Part shown: positions 44,355 to 53,065 of the stretch, in pieces
Layout of the letters: every line of letters begins with the position of its first letter
How positions within the stretch are numbered: position 1 is the first letter of the stretch
The notes under the pieces: model-generated
What the model saw: the letters and a program-made list of their open reading frames with translations, nothing else
Told to the model about the DNA's origin: nothing
Databases searched by the model: none
Made by a program: the position numbers and the translations under genes
Assembly: GCA_036001465.1 (NCBI GenBank)
Contig: DASYUH010000046.1
Coordinates: forward strand, 19,993 to 83,992
Length of the DNA stretch: 64,000 nt
DNA from: Candidatus Polarisedimenticolia bacterium
Lineage (GTDB): Bacteria > Acidobacteriota > Polarisedimenticolia > Gp22-AA2
Direction of reading: 5' to 3'

Positions 44355-47243
44355 CTAGGGGGGGGTCGGGCAGGGGCTCGGGTTGGGGGCCGGGTGATCG
44401 ACGTCGCTGCCGAGCGGCCCCTCGCCGCAGCCCTCTCCGTCGGTCAGGTAGTAGAACGCGGTGCCGGCGGGCGGCAGGGACGGATCGGTCGAGACCAGGT
44501 CGCCGTCGGCGCGGGAGTCGGCGCTTTCGAAGCAGACGTGATCGAACACGCTCCCCGGCAGGCGCGTCCCCAGGGGGGCCGTCGCCGTGCCCCGGTAGAC
44601 GTTGTGGAACCTGGCGTTCGCGGCGGCCGACCAGGTGAGGGTCGCCTGGCTGGAGAAGAGAAGTCCGGCCGTCGCGCCCGGCGGCGCGTTGGCCGGATCG
44701 TCGGGGGCGCAGTCCGCGACGTCGTGAATCCCGTCGAGATCGCGATCGACGGCGATGGGCGGCGCGAAGCGGATCCCCTGCTGCTGGATCCTGCCGGAGA
44801 TGAACAGGACGGTGCCGACCCCGGTCGCCTTGTTGACGCGCAGGAGCCCGCCGTCCGCGCCGGTGCCGCGGAGCGCGATGCCGTACAGCGTCCCGTCGGG
44901 AGCGAAGTCCATGCCCGCCAGGGCCACGGCGTTGAAGATCGGTCCGCCGACGAGCGTCCTCGCGGCGGTCGCCGAGTTCACCGTGTAGAGGGACGACGTG
45001 CCGACGTACAGGGTGCCGGCCGCGTCGAACGCCATGGCGCGGGCGTTGGTCAGCGCCAGGTCGCCCACGGTGGCCGTGGTGATGCCGGTCGCGGGGTCGA
45101 GGATGACGAGCCGGCTCGATCCCGCCGCGTCGACCGCGATGCCGTACAGGACCCCCGTGAGGGGATGGAAGTCGATCGCCGTCACGGCGAGCCAGCCGGT
45201 CCAGCCGATGAACGCTCCCCGGCCCGGCAGTCCCAGGGGCGCCATGTCGACAAGCGCCCCGTTGTAGCCGATCGACAGGTTGACGTTGAACTGGGTGGAG
45301 CCGAACAGCCGTCCGGACGCGTCGAACGCCAGGTCCCCCATCTCGTGGAAGCCGGGGTCCCCGATCGGGATCACCCTGCCCGTGGTGACGCTCTGCAGGA
45401 CGAGTCGCGAGCGCTCGTCGACGACCCAGGCGAGCCGGTCGAGCTCGGCCTGGCAGGTCGCCGAGCAGCCGTCGCCCGAGGTCTGGTTGCCGTCGTCGCA
45501 CTCCTCACGCGCGGTGGGCTGGACCACGCTATCGCCGCAGATCTCCGGGCGGCAGGTCTGGGAGCAGCCGTCGCCGCTCCGGACGTTGCCGTCGTCACAC
45601 CCCTCGCCCGCCTCGGGGATTCCATTGCCGCACGGGGTCGCGGCGCAGGCCCCGGAGCAGGAATCGCCGTCGAGCGTGTTGCCGTCGTCGCACTGCTCGA
45701 ACGGATCGAGGGCGCCGTTTCCGCACGTGTCGGTTGCGATGTGCGCCATGAAGACGTCGATGTCGTTGTTCCGTCCGTCGGACCACGCCGGGTAGAAGCC
45801 GGTCCCCTCGCTGGCGCACTGGGCGTAGTCGCCGAAGTTGGGGGTGAATGTGGCGGGCACGAACCAGGAGGAGGGGACGGTCGTGACACGGACATTCGGC
45901 TCGAACGATCCCCCGCCGTCGGTCGATCGGGCCGCGTAGACGTCGGTGGTGCTCATCGCGGTCCAGTTCCGGTAGTCGTACCAGGTGGTCTCGACGCCGC
46001 CGCCGGAGTTGACCGACACCCAGGGCATGACCTGGTCGTGGCCGGCGCCATCGTCGTTGACCCGCACGGGGGCCGACCAGGTCGCCCCCCGGTCGATCGA
46101 GCGCGCCAGGAACACGTCCCGCTCCGGCGCCTCGGGGATCTCGCGCTCGACCCAGATGACGTACAGGTTCCCGCGGCCCGGACCGGTCGAGGTATCGACC
46201 GCAATCGTGCCGATTTCGAGGGTGTCCTCGCGGTTGTAGCCGACGTTGGCCGGGAAGAAGGACGGGGCCATGGAGCGCACCACCACCCGGGGATCGAACG
46301 AGGCGGCGAAGTCGAGGCTTCGCCTGAATTCCAGCCGGGTCTCGGCCGCGGTGATGTCGTCGACACCGCGTTCCCACAGGACGTACACCTCGCCGTCCGG
46401 CCCGATGGCGACATAGGCGATCTGCACCGACTCGGTGGAGCTGCTCTCGAGGACGAGCGGCGCCGACCAGGTGGTGCCGCCGTCGGCCGACTTGATGATC
46501 TCGACCTGCAGCGGCCCCGCCATGCCCAGGTTCCCGTTCACGAAGCGCGTGTAGACCATGTACAGGGTGTTGGTCGCCCGATCGCAGGTCAGCCATTCCT
46601 TGTCGAGGAAATCGTTCGTCGAGATCGAGGCGATCTGCGGGTTCGACCAGGTGAGGGTCGTCCCGGAGACCGTCCCGACGTTGACCGCGATCGCGGCATC
46701 GGAGGCGTTCGGGAAGTAGATGCTGGCGTAGTAGAACGTGCCGTTGCCGCAGACCGTGACCGACGGATCGCCGAGAAGCTCCTTCGGCAGGGGGCCGCCG
46801 GTCGGCAGTCCGCCGCCGTCGGTGAAGGTGAGCCCGCCGTCCGTCGACCAGGCGGCGCCGCTGCCGCGGTTGCCGTTGATCTGATTGAAGCCGACGACCA
46901 CGGTCGAGCCGAAGACCGCGATGCTGGTCTCGCTCTGCGTGCCGGCGACGCCGCGACTGGCCTGGACTTCGGGAGGCTGGCCCGGCGTTCCGGCCAGGAC
47001 GGCCGGCGCTCCCTCCGCCGCTCCGGCCCACGGTCCCGGGTGGCCGGCGGCACCGTCCCACGCCGCGGCGCCGACCCGCGCCGCCTCGACGCTCATGCGC
47101 CGCGGCACGAAGCGCACGGCGGCGCGCAGGCGCTCGAGGCGGTCCGCTCCGGTCTCCCCGCGCGGGGCGGCCGGCAGCAACAGGCAGGGGATGAGCGCGA
47201 TGAGGATCGCGGCGAGGCGTCGCCCCGACCTGCATGCGGGCAT
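44355..47243 (-). CDS. secreted multidomain protein: BNR/Asp-box sialidase-like propeller, 3 Cys-rich CGNG...CDDGN repeats, second beta-propeller-like region, C-terminal FN3-like module
   Basis: Asp-boxes STDGGLTF, SADGGTTWS, SIDRGATWS, STDGGGSF. Repeats CGNGALDPFEQCDDGNTLDGDSCSGAC, CGNGIPEAGEGCDDGNVRSGDGCSQTC, CGDSVVQPTAREECDDGNQTSGDGCSATC. ATG 47243 gives signal peptide MPACRSGRRLAAILIALIPCLLL. Confidence 0.85.
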   Translation of the reverse strand: MPACRSGRRLAAILIALIPCLLLPAAPRGETGADRLERLRAAVRFVPRRMSVEAARVGAAAWDGAAGHPGPWAGAAEGAPAVLAGTPGQPPEVQASRGVAGTQSETSIAVFGSTVVVGFNQINGNRGSGAAWSTDGGLTFTDGGGLPTGGPLPKELLGDPSVTVCGNGTFYYASIYFPNASDAAIAVNVGTVSGTTLTWSNPQIASISTNDFLDKEWLTCDRATNTLYMVYTRFVNGNLGMAGPLQVEIIKSADGGTTWSAPLVLESSSTESVQIAYVAIGPDGEVYVLWERGVDDITAAETRLEFRRSLDFAASFDPRVVVRSMAPSFFPANVGYNREDTLEIGTIAVDTSTGPGRGNLYVIWVEREIPEAPERDVFLARSIDRGATWSAPVRVNDDGAGHDQVMPWVSVNSGGGVETTWYDYRNWTAMSTTDVYAARSTDGGGSFEPNVRVTTVPSSWFVPATFTPNFGDYAQCASEGTGFYPAWSDGRNNDIDVFMAHIATDTCGNGALDPFEQCDDGNTLDGDSCSGACAATPCGNGIPEAGEGCDDGNVRSGDGCSQTCRPEICGDSVVQPTAREECDDGNQTSGDGCSATCQAELDRLAWVVDERSRLVLQSVTTGRVIPIGDPGFHEMGDLAFDASGRLFGSTQFNVNLSIGYNGALVDMAPLGLPGRGAFIGWTGWLAVTAIDFHPLTGVLYGIAVDAAGSSRLVILDPATGITTATVGDLALTNARAMAFDAAGTLYVGTSSLYTVNSATAARTLVGGPIFNAVALAGMDFAPDGTLYGIALRGTGADGGLLRVNKATGVGTVLFISGRIQQQGIRFAPPIAVDRDLDGIHDVADCAPDDPANAPPGATAGLLFSSQATLTWSAAANARFHNVYRGTATAPLGTRLPGSVFDHVCFESADSRADGDLVSTDPSLPPAGTAFYYLTDGEGCGEGPLGSDVDHPAPNPSPCPTPP

Positions 47244-47401
47244 GGCAGATGACACGGTCGGCACCCGGACAATCGGCAAGCCTGGAAGCTACCGCCGATC
47301 CGGTCCCAGGTCAACCGATTACGGCAGGATCCGCGGCGCCGGCCCCATCGACATGTTGCGGCCGCCATGTTTCTCTGCCGCGCATCGATGCGGCGGGCGG
47401 G

Positions 47402-48313
47402 TCAGCGCCCCGCCTGGACCTCGTCGTAGATGACCGCGACGTCGTTCCCGAGAGTCCGGAAGCTCGGCTTGATCTCGGGATACTGATCCAGCTTGATGGT
47501 CCGGATCGCCTCCGCCTTCGACCGGCCGGCCTTGACCGCCTTCTCGACCTCGTCGACGAGATCGGACATGAACGAGCGGAAGCGCCGCAGCGTGGCGACA
47601 TCGGTGACCGGGCCGTGCCCCGGAATCACTTTCGTGTCCGGTGGCACCAGGGCGAGGGCCTGATCGAGGTTGCGCACGTAGCCACGGCCAGAGCCTCCCG
47701 CGAGCGCGTCGATGAACGGGACCATGCCGTTGAAGAACAGGTCCCCCATGTGCAGGACTTTCTCTGCGAGCAGGTCGCGGTCCTTCTCGATGGCGAGGCG
47801 GTACGGATCGGCGGCGTCCTTCAGGCCCGCGAGCTCCGCCTCGATCGCCTGGAGCCTTCCGGGAAACGTCTTCTGAATCGTCTCCGGATACTCCAGAAGC
47901 CGGGGCCGCACGCTGTTGTGCGCGATGATCTCGGCGAACTTGATGAACACGGGGTTGCCGCCCGTGTGATCGCCGTGATAGTGGGTGTTGACCAGGAAGC
48001 GGATCGGCTTGTCGGTCACGCTCTTGATCTGCGCCACGATCCCCTCGGCGACTTCGCGGTACTGGTCGTCCACCACCACCACGCCGGCGTCGGTGACCAG
48101 GAAGCCGACGTTCCCGCCCCGGCCGTACAGGCAATAGACGCGGTCGGACACCTTCTCCAGCTTGAACTCGGGGGCTTTCGGCGCCGGCTTCTCCGCCGCC
48201 GGCGGCGCACCGGAGTGCGCGCGGGCCGGAAGCGCGATCAGCAGGCCCCCGATCAGGATGGCAATCCGGGTGGTGACGACGCGCCAGGGGGCGCGGCGGT
48301 CCGTTGGGGGCAT
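47402..48313 (-). CDS. exported MBL-fold metallo-hydrolase
   Basis: HYHGDHTGGN (HxHxDH). Signal peptide after MPPTDRRAPWRVVTTRIAILIGGLLIALPARA. GGAGGAG RBS before ATG 48313. Confidence 0.85.
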   Translation of the reverse strand: MPPTDRRAPWRVVTTRIAILIGGLLIALPARAHSGAPPAAEKPAPKAPEFKLEKVSDRVYCLYGRGGNVGFLVTDAGVVVVDDQYREVAEGIVAQIKSVTDKPIRFLVNTHYHGDHTGGNPVFIKFAEIIAHNSVRPRLLEYPETIQKTFPGRLQAIEAELAGLKDAADPYRLAIEKDRDLLAEKVLHMGDLFFNGMVPFIDALAGGSGRGYVRNLDQALALVPPDTKVIPGHGPVTDVATLRRFRSFMSDLVDEVEKAVKAGRSKAEAIRTIKLDQYPEIKPSFRTLGNDVAVIYDEVQAGR

Positions 48314-48383
48314 CGGCTCCTCCGGAAGAAAGGGATGGCGGAACGACGGCCACTCTACCACGGCCGGGTTATCATGCCCGCCC

Positions 48384-49016
48384 ATGGAAGCGGCCCGTGT
48401 CCTGGCGAAATCCGACCCGCGCCTCGGGCGCCTGATCGCGCGCGTCGGTCCCTGCCGCCTCACGGTCGAGACGCTCCAGAGCCCGTTCGAGGCGCTGGCC
48501 GAGGCGATCGTCTACCAGCAGCTCACGGGGAAGGTCGCCGCCACCATTCTCGGACGCGTCGTCGACCTGTTCCGGCCGAAAAAATTCCCGTCTCCGCAGG
48601 ACATCCTGCGCACGCCCGACGAGCGGCTGCGCCGCGCCGGCCTGTCGCGCGCCAAGGTCGCCGCATTCAAGGACCTGGCGAGGGCCACGCTCGACGGCAC
48701 CGTGCCGCGGCTGGCCGCGCTCAAGCGAATGGACGAGGAGGAGATCGTCGCCCGGCTGACCGCGATCCGCGGCATCGGACGCTGGACAGCGGAAATGCTC
48801 CTGATCTTCCGCCTCGGCCGTCCCGACATCCTGCCTGCCGGCGACTACGGCATCCGCAAGGGGTTCGCGCGCACCTTCGAGACCCGCGCCCTTCCGACGC
48901 CGCGGCAGGTCCTGAGGCGCGGCGAGCGCTGGCGCCCCTACCGCACGGTGGCGAGCTGGTACCTGTGGCGGGCGCTCGAGGCGGCGCCCCGGCGCCAACG
49001 CCGCCGGTCTGGCTGA
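48384..49016 (+). CDS. DNA-3-methyladenine glycosylase II (AlkA-like HhH-GPD)
   Basis: FEALAEAIVYQQL...LTAIRGIGRWTAEMLLIFRLGRPDILPAGDYGIRKG...WRPYRTVASWYLW. Confidence 0.85.
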   Translation: MEAARVLAKSDPRLGRLIARVGPCRLTVETLQSPFEALAEAIVYQQLTGKVAATILGRVVDLFRPKKFPSPQDILRTPDERLRRAGLSRAKVAAFKDLARATLDGTVPRLAALKRMDEEEIVARLTAIRGIGRWTAEMLLIFRLGRPDILPAGDYGIRKGFARTFETRALPTPRQVLRRGERWRPYRTVASWYLWRALEAAPRRQRRRSG

Positions 49017-49865
49017 GTGGTCGGGAGCCGGGATCGCCAACCGTCCTGGTGGCGACGCTCGATCCTCTTCCTGGTGGTCGCGGGCGGCGCCTGCGTCGCC
49101 TACGGCCATTGGGTCGAGCCGTACTGGCCCACGGTCATCCACGTCCGGATCCGCTCCGCCAAGGCGGGCGATCGATCCAGGCCGCTGCGCATCGTTCACA
49201 TCTCGGACATCCACAGCGATCCCAGGCCGCGCCTCGAGGAGCGCCTGCCGGGGTTGATCGCCGCCGAGCATCCGGACGTCATCGTCTATACCGGCGACTC
49301 GATCAACTCGCCGCCGGCGCTGCCGATCTTCAGGCGACTGATGACGCGTCTCGCCGAGGTCGCGCCGACCTTCGCGGTGCGGGGCAACTGGGACGCGTGG
49401 TACTGGCGCGACGAGGACCTGTTCGGCGGGACAGGCGTGCACGAGCTCGATGGCCGGGCCGAAGGGGTCACCGTGGGGGACCGCCAGGTGTGGATCGCCG
49501 GGGTGGCCGTCGGGCACGAGAGCCTGGCGCGAACCGCCCTGGACCAGGTGCCCGCGGGGAGCCTGACGATCTTTCTCTACCATTACCCTTATCCGGATGT
49601 CATCCCCGAGGAGGATGCAGCCCGGGTCGATCTCCTGTGCGCCGGGCACACGCACGGCGGGCAGGTCGCCCTGCCGCTGTACGGAGCCATCCTCACGCTG
49701 TCGAAGTACGGCAAGAAGTACGAGTCGGGGCTCTACCGCGCGGGGAGCTTCTGGATGTACGTCAACCGCGGCATCGGGCTGGAAGGGGGGGACGCGCCGC
49801 GGGTCAGGTTCTGGGCCAGGCCGGAGATCACCGCCATCGATATCGTTTCGGGCCCGGGCCCCTGA
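49017..49865 (+). CDS. membrane-anchored metallophosphoesterase
   Basis: IVHISDIHSD, YTGDS, VRGNWD, AGHTHGGQV. GTG start lies directly after the alkA-like stop. Confidence 0.85.
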   Translation: MVGSRDRQPSWWRRSILFLVVAGGACVAYGHWVEPYWPTVIHVRIRSAKAGDRSRPLRIVHISDIHSDPRPRLEERLPGLIAAEHPDVIVYTGDSINSPPALPIFRRLMTRLAEVAPTFAVRGNWDAWYWRDEDLFGGTGVHELDGRAEGVTVGDRQVWIAGVAVGHESLARTALDQVPAGSLTIFLYHYPYPDVIPEEDAARVDLLCAGHTHGGQVALPLYGAILTLSKYGKKYESGLYRAGSFWMYVNRGIGLEGGDAPRVRFWARPEITAIDIVSGPGP

Positions 49866-49875
49866 AGCCAGGCCG

Positions 49876-50217
49876 TCACTCCACGATCGCGTCGACGTCG
49901 AGGAGCAGGTAGGGCTCGCCGAACGGCGTGCGGCCGTCGCGGGGGCTGAGACGCAGGCCCCAGTTCCCGCCGTACACCAGGGTCGCCACGCCGGCGCCCG
50001 AGTCCTCGACGCGGACGGCCCGTGCAGGGCACGGGGTGCCGTTCTTCTCGCTCGACCAGCCGGCCACGTCGCACAGGATCGTCTCGTCCCCGCCGGGGGA
50101 GTACTGGATCGATGTCACGACCCGGGATTCGGAGGTCGCCTGGAAGCGCTGCGAGCAGCCTTCGGGGCAGTTCGGGTTCGGCTCGATGAACACGCTGACG
50201 ATTCGCCCGGCGCCCAT
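49876..50217 (-). CDS. hypothetical 113-aa protein
   Basis: Only the 3' third of track ORF 49876..50880 has protein-like composition (MGAGRIVSVFIEPNPNCPEGCSQRF...GEPYLLLDVDAIVE). GGAGGA lies upstream of ATG 50217. I recognised no family. Confidence 0.45.
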   Translation of the reverse strand: MGAGRIVSVFIEPNPNCPEGCSQRFQATSESRVVTSIQYSPGGDETILCDVAGWSSEKNGTPCPARAVRVEDSGAGVATLVYGGNWGLRLSPRDGRTPFGEPYLLLDVDAIVE

Positions 50218-50325
50218 GGCAGGGTTCGGTCCTCCGACATGCCTCTCGACTGGGGGCGCCGAAGCATAGGGCGTCCCGGAGAACGGCGTCAACACGCGAT
50301 CAGGCGTCGGTGCGATACTACGCCG

Positions 50326-50865
50326 ATGGCTCTGACGGCGACGCTCTACAGTCTGGATACCGAGCTCTCGGACGTCGATCGCGGCACGTATGTGAGCCTG
50401 GGCGTGCGCCTGGCGCGTCAGCCGTCCGAGACCCTCGAGTTCATGCTGACCCGATACCTGGCCTACTGCCTGGAATACAGGCAGGGGATCGAGCTCACGG
50501 AGGGGATCGCGGCGGGGGAGGATCCCGCCATCCTGGTGCGCGACCTGACGGGACGGATCACCGCCTGGATCGAGGTCGGCCTGCCCGATGCGCATCGGCT
50601 GCACCGGGGGAGCAAGCTCGCCGGCCGCGCGGCGGTGTACACGCACCGGAACGTCGACCAGGTGCTGGCGGAGCTGAACGGGAAGAGCATCCACCGGGCG
50701 GCTGAGATTCCCGTCTATTCCTTCGGCCGCGGTTTCGTCGAGTCGATTGCTTCCGCCGTGAAGCGCCGGACGAAGATCACGCTGTCGATCACGGAGCGCC
50801 ACCTCTACATGGACCTCGATGGCCAGGCCTTTACCACGACGGTGGACGTGCACCGCATCGCCTGA
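50326..50865 (+). CDS. yaeQ: YaeQ family protein
   Basis: MALTATLYSLDTELSDVDRGTYVSLGVRLARQPSETLEFMLTRYLAYCL...DLTGRITAWIEVGLPD closely follows the E. coli YaeQ pattern as I recall it. Confidence 0.85.
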   Translation: MALTATLYSLDTELSDVDRGTYVSLGVRLARQPSETLEFMLTRYLAYCLEYRQGIELTEGIAAGEDPAILVRDLTGRITAWIEVGLPDAHRLHRGSKLAGRAAVYTHRNVDQVLAELNGKSIHRAAEIPVYSFGRGFVESIASAVKRRTKITLSITERHLYMDLDGQAFTTTVDVHRIA

Positions 50866-50961
50866 AGCGTCAGGGTGCAATCAGCGCCCATCGGGCGCGG
50901 ATTCACATCGGGCGCGGATTCCTTGACAGGCCCCCGCACCGGGCGTAGCCTCACGTCCGCC

Positions 50962-51411
50962 ATGAACACAGCTCTCCGCGCCTGCGCGGTTGCCCTGATC
51001 CTGGGCTCGATCGGCTGCGTCTCCAGCCCGGAGGTCGACCTCCAGGGGGCGTGGTCGGGAGACTGGTCGAGCGGCCAGACCACCGGGGAGCTCGACATCA
51101 CCTTCGACGGCAGGTCGCCGTTCGGCGACATGAAGATCTACGACGTGGTCCTTCTGATCCACGGGCCGACCTGCCCCTCGGGAGACGACCGCGCGGCGGG
51201 CGACAGGTCGGCGGCCTTCAAGGACGACGATGTCCACATCGCCGTCCGGTTCGCCGGCGCGACGCCGGGCGGGGACGAGAACATCTTCCGCTTCGACGGA
51301 CAGCTGTCCGGCAGCCACGCGATCCTCGGCTCGTACACGCTGACCAGCGCCTCCTGCCCGGCCTGCACCTGCGGCATCGGCTCCTCCGGGACCTGGAGGG
51401 CGTTCCGCTGA
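50962..51411 (+). CDS. lipoprotein, unknown function
   Basis: MNTALRACAVALILGSIGC has a lipobox-like signal. The mature part is Gly/Asp-rich and contains a CPSG...CPACTC Cys pattern. Confidence 0.6.
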   Translation: MNTALRACAVALILGSIGCVSSPEVDLQGAWSGDWSSGQTTGELDITFDGRSPFGDMKIYDVVLLIHGPTCPSGDDRAAGDRSAAFKDDDVHIAVRFAGATPGGDENIFRFDGQLSGSHAILGSYTLTSASCPACTCGIGSSGTWRAFR

Positions 51412-52028
51412 CCGCCGTCGCGGCCCCCTCAGCCTCCGTCCGGAAGGCCCGGATCGTCCCGGCGGTGGTGGTGTGCGGCCTCGTCCTGATCGCCGGGACG
51501 CCGGTCACGACGGCCCAGGCCGCGGCGCCGGGCGCCACGGTGTTCACGGCGGGCTCCGGCGAGATCGGGGCCGATGTCTCCGTGACCCGCTTCGATCCCG
51601 ACCTGACGGACGAACGCGGCGATCGGTACGCGCTGCGCGGAGGAGCCTTCATCGGACGCCAGATCCAGTGGGAGGCGGAGATCACGCGCGCCACGGCCCG
51701 GGAGGAGCTGTTCTCCGGCGCCGAGAAGAGGATCACGCTGGCCCTTGCCGTGGCCAACGTGGTCGTCAATTTCTACCCGGGAGGACGAACCGTTCCGTAC
51801 GTCCTGGCGGGCATGGGAGTGGGGCAGATGAAGCTCGAGGCGATCGGTCTGTCGTCGCGCGAGACGGCCACCGCCTACCAGATCGCGGGCGGCTGCCGCT
51901 TCTTCATTGGAAGGAACAACCGCGCGGCCGCGCGCCTCGAGCTGGCCCTCCTGGCGAACGAGGGGTTCGACGAGCGCTACGTCCACGCCTCGCTGGGGGC
52001 GGGAATGACCTTCCGACTCGGACAGTAG
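51408..52028 (+). CDS. outer-membrane beta-barrel (OMP_b-brl-like) protein; start uncertain
   Basis: Signal-like ...RKARIVPAVVVCGLVLIAGTPVTTAQA, then alternating beta-strand pattern (ALAVANVVVNFY, PYVLAGMGVGQ, AYQIAGGCRFFI, LELALLA, ASLGAGMTFRLG). There is no in-frame ATG. Candidate starts are CTG 51408 (overlapping the upstream stop) or GTG 51465. Confidence 0.55.
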   Translation: MTAVAAPSASVRKARIVPAVVVCGLVLIAGTPVTTAQAAAPGATVFTAGSGEIGADVSVTRFDPDLTDERGDRYALRGGAFIGRQIQWEAEITRATAREELFSGAEKRITLALAVANVVVNFYPGGRTVPYVLAGMGVGQMKLEAIGLSSRETATAYQIAGGCRFFIGRNNRAAARLELALLANEGFDERYVHASLGAGMTFRLGQ

Positions 52029-52047
52029 CCGGGCCCGCCGGCCGGGC

Positions 52048-52968
52048 TCAGTGCGGTCGCGTCCTCTCCGGCACCGGCACAAGGCACTGCGGCAGGCGGC
52101 GCAGCGATTCCAGCCCGAAGACCAGTCGCTGGCCGTCCTGGTATCCGCTGGTGTAGCGGTTGGCCGCCTCGCCGGCGAAGGCGGCCAGGCTGACGCGCGC
52201 CGGGGCCGGGGCGACGGTGGTGAAATCACGGCTCATCAGGTCGCCGCAGCGGCCGAGATCGACGGCGCGCATCGCTTCGATTCCGGCCGCGAACCCCTTG
52301 AGGTAGTCGGCGTCGACCGAGACGCGATCCGCCAGGCGCGAGGTCTCCGCCATCGCCTTGTCGATCTTCGCGCGGACGGCGGTGTTGGCCTGCTCCGCCT
52401 TCCAGATATTGTGCTCGGCCAGGGTCTCGTCGTAGTCGGCCGGGTAGGCGTCGCGCTTCCTGTGGTTCCACGCCTTGGCCTGCATGGCCTCGTCCTGGCT
52501 GGTGTGCCGCTTCAGGATCGGGTGGAGCGCCGTGTCGATGCCGTCGAGGTTCGACCTGGACACGACCTCGCGCGGCAGCTCGACCTCCAGCTCCATGAGA
52601 CAGCGCGCTTCGTTGTAGAGCGTGAACGGCCCGTCCTGGGACGACACCAGGATCGGCTCCGGGAGGCTCAGGAGCAGGTCGAGACGCGCGCGCTTGAGGT
52701 CCACCTTCACGACCTGCGCCAGCTCGCCTGGACGGAACCGCATCCTGCCCCGGCTCGTGACCAGAGTCTCGTTCACCCGGTTGTTGGTGTGGGTCCCCGC
52801 GCAGTCGGAATAGGTGTCCACGTTGGTCAGGATCCAGGCCCCGCGCCAGCGCGCCTCCAGCCGGCGCTCCAGGTCGGAGGCCTCGGCGGGACGCGGCGAT
52901 TGAATGAGGCCCAGCGCCGACAGCGCCGCCGCGAAGGACATCACCCACCGCAATTTCGATTGTGTCAT
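52048..52968 (-). CDS. secreted hypothetical protein
   Basis: GGGAGGAG RBS before ATG 52968; signal peptide MTQSKLRWVMSFAAALSALGLIQSPRPAEA. Protein-like composition, but I recognised no family. Confidence 0.6.
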   Translation of the reverse strand: MTQSKLRWVMSFAAALSALGLIQSPRPAEASDLERRLEARWRGAWILTNVDTYSDCAGTHTNNRVNETLVTSRGRMRFRPGELAQVVKVDLKRARLDLLLSLPEPILVSSQDGPFTLYNEARCLMELEVELPREVVSRSNLDGIDTALHPILKRHTSQDEAMQAKAWNHRKRDAYPADYDETLAEHNIWKAEQANTAVRAKIDKAMAETSRLADRVSVDADYLKGFAAGIEAMRAVDLGRCGDLMSRDFTTVAPAPARVSLAAFAGEAANRYTSGYQDGQRLVFGLESLRRLPQCLVPVPERTRPH

Positions 52969-53065
52969 CGGATTCTCCTCCCTGGGCTTCACCAGCCAGA
53001 ACCTAGGTTTCGACGTCTCCCGTGTCAACCGCCACGCCGCGCGAGGGGGATGCTAGGATGCGCGC

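Noticed and set aside
53000-53009. Perfect 10-bp palindromes as operators: AACCTAGGTT (53000-53009, MFS/hypothetical divergent spacer), AGTTGCAACT (54293-54302, inside the first codons of fur), and TTCCCGGGAA/GGGAACAGTTCCC (8313-8330, upstream of amtB).
   Set aside because: Back-of-envelope estimate: at about 70% GC the chance that a base pair position is self-complementary is about 0.29. A 5+5 palindrome therefore has p of about 0.002 per position, giving more than 100 expected in 64 kb. None resembles a Fur, Zur or NtcA box. They are not significant on their own.
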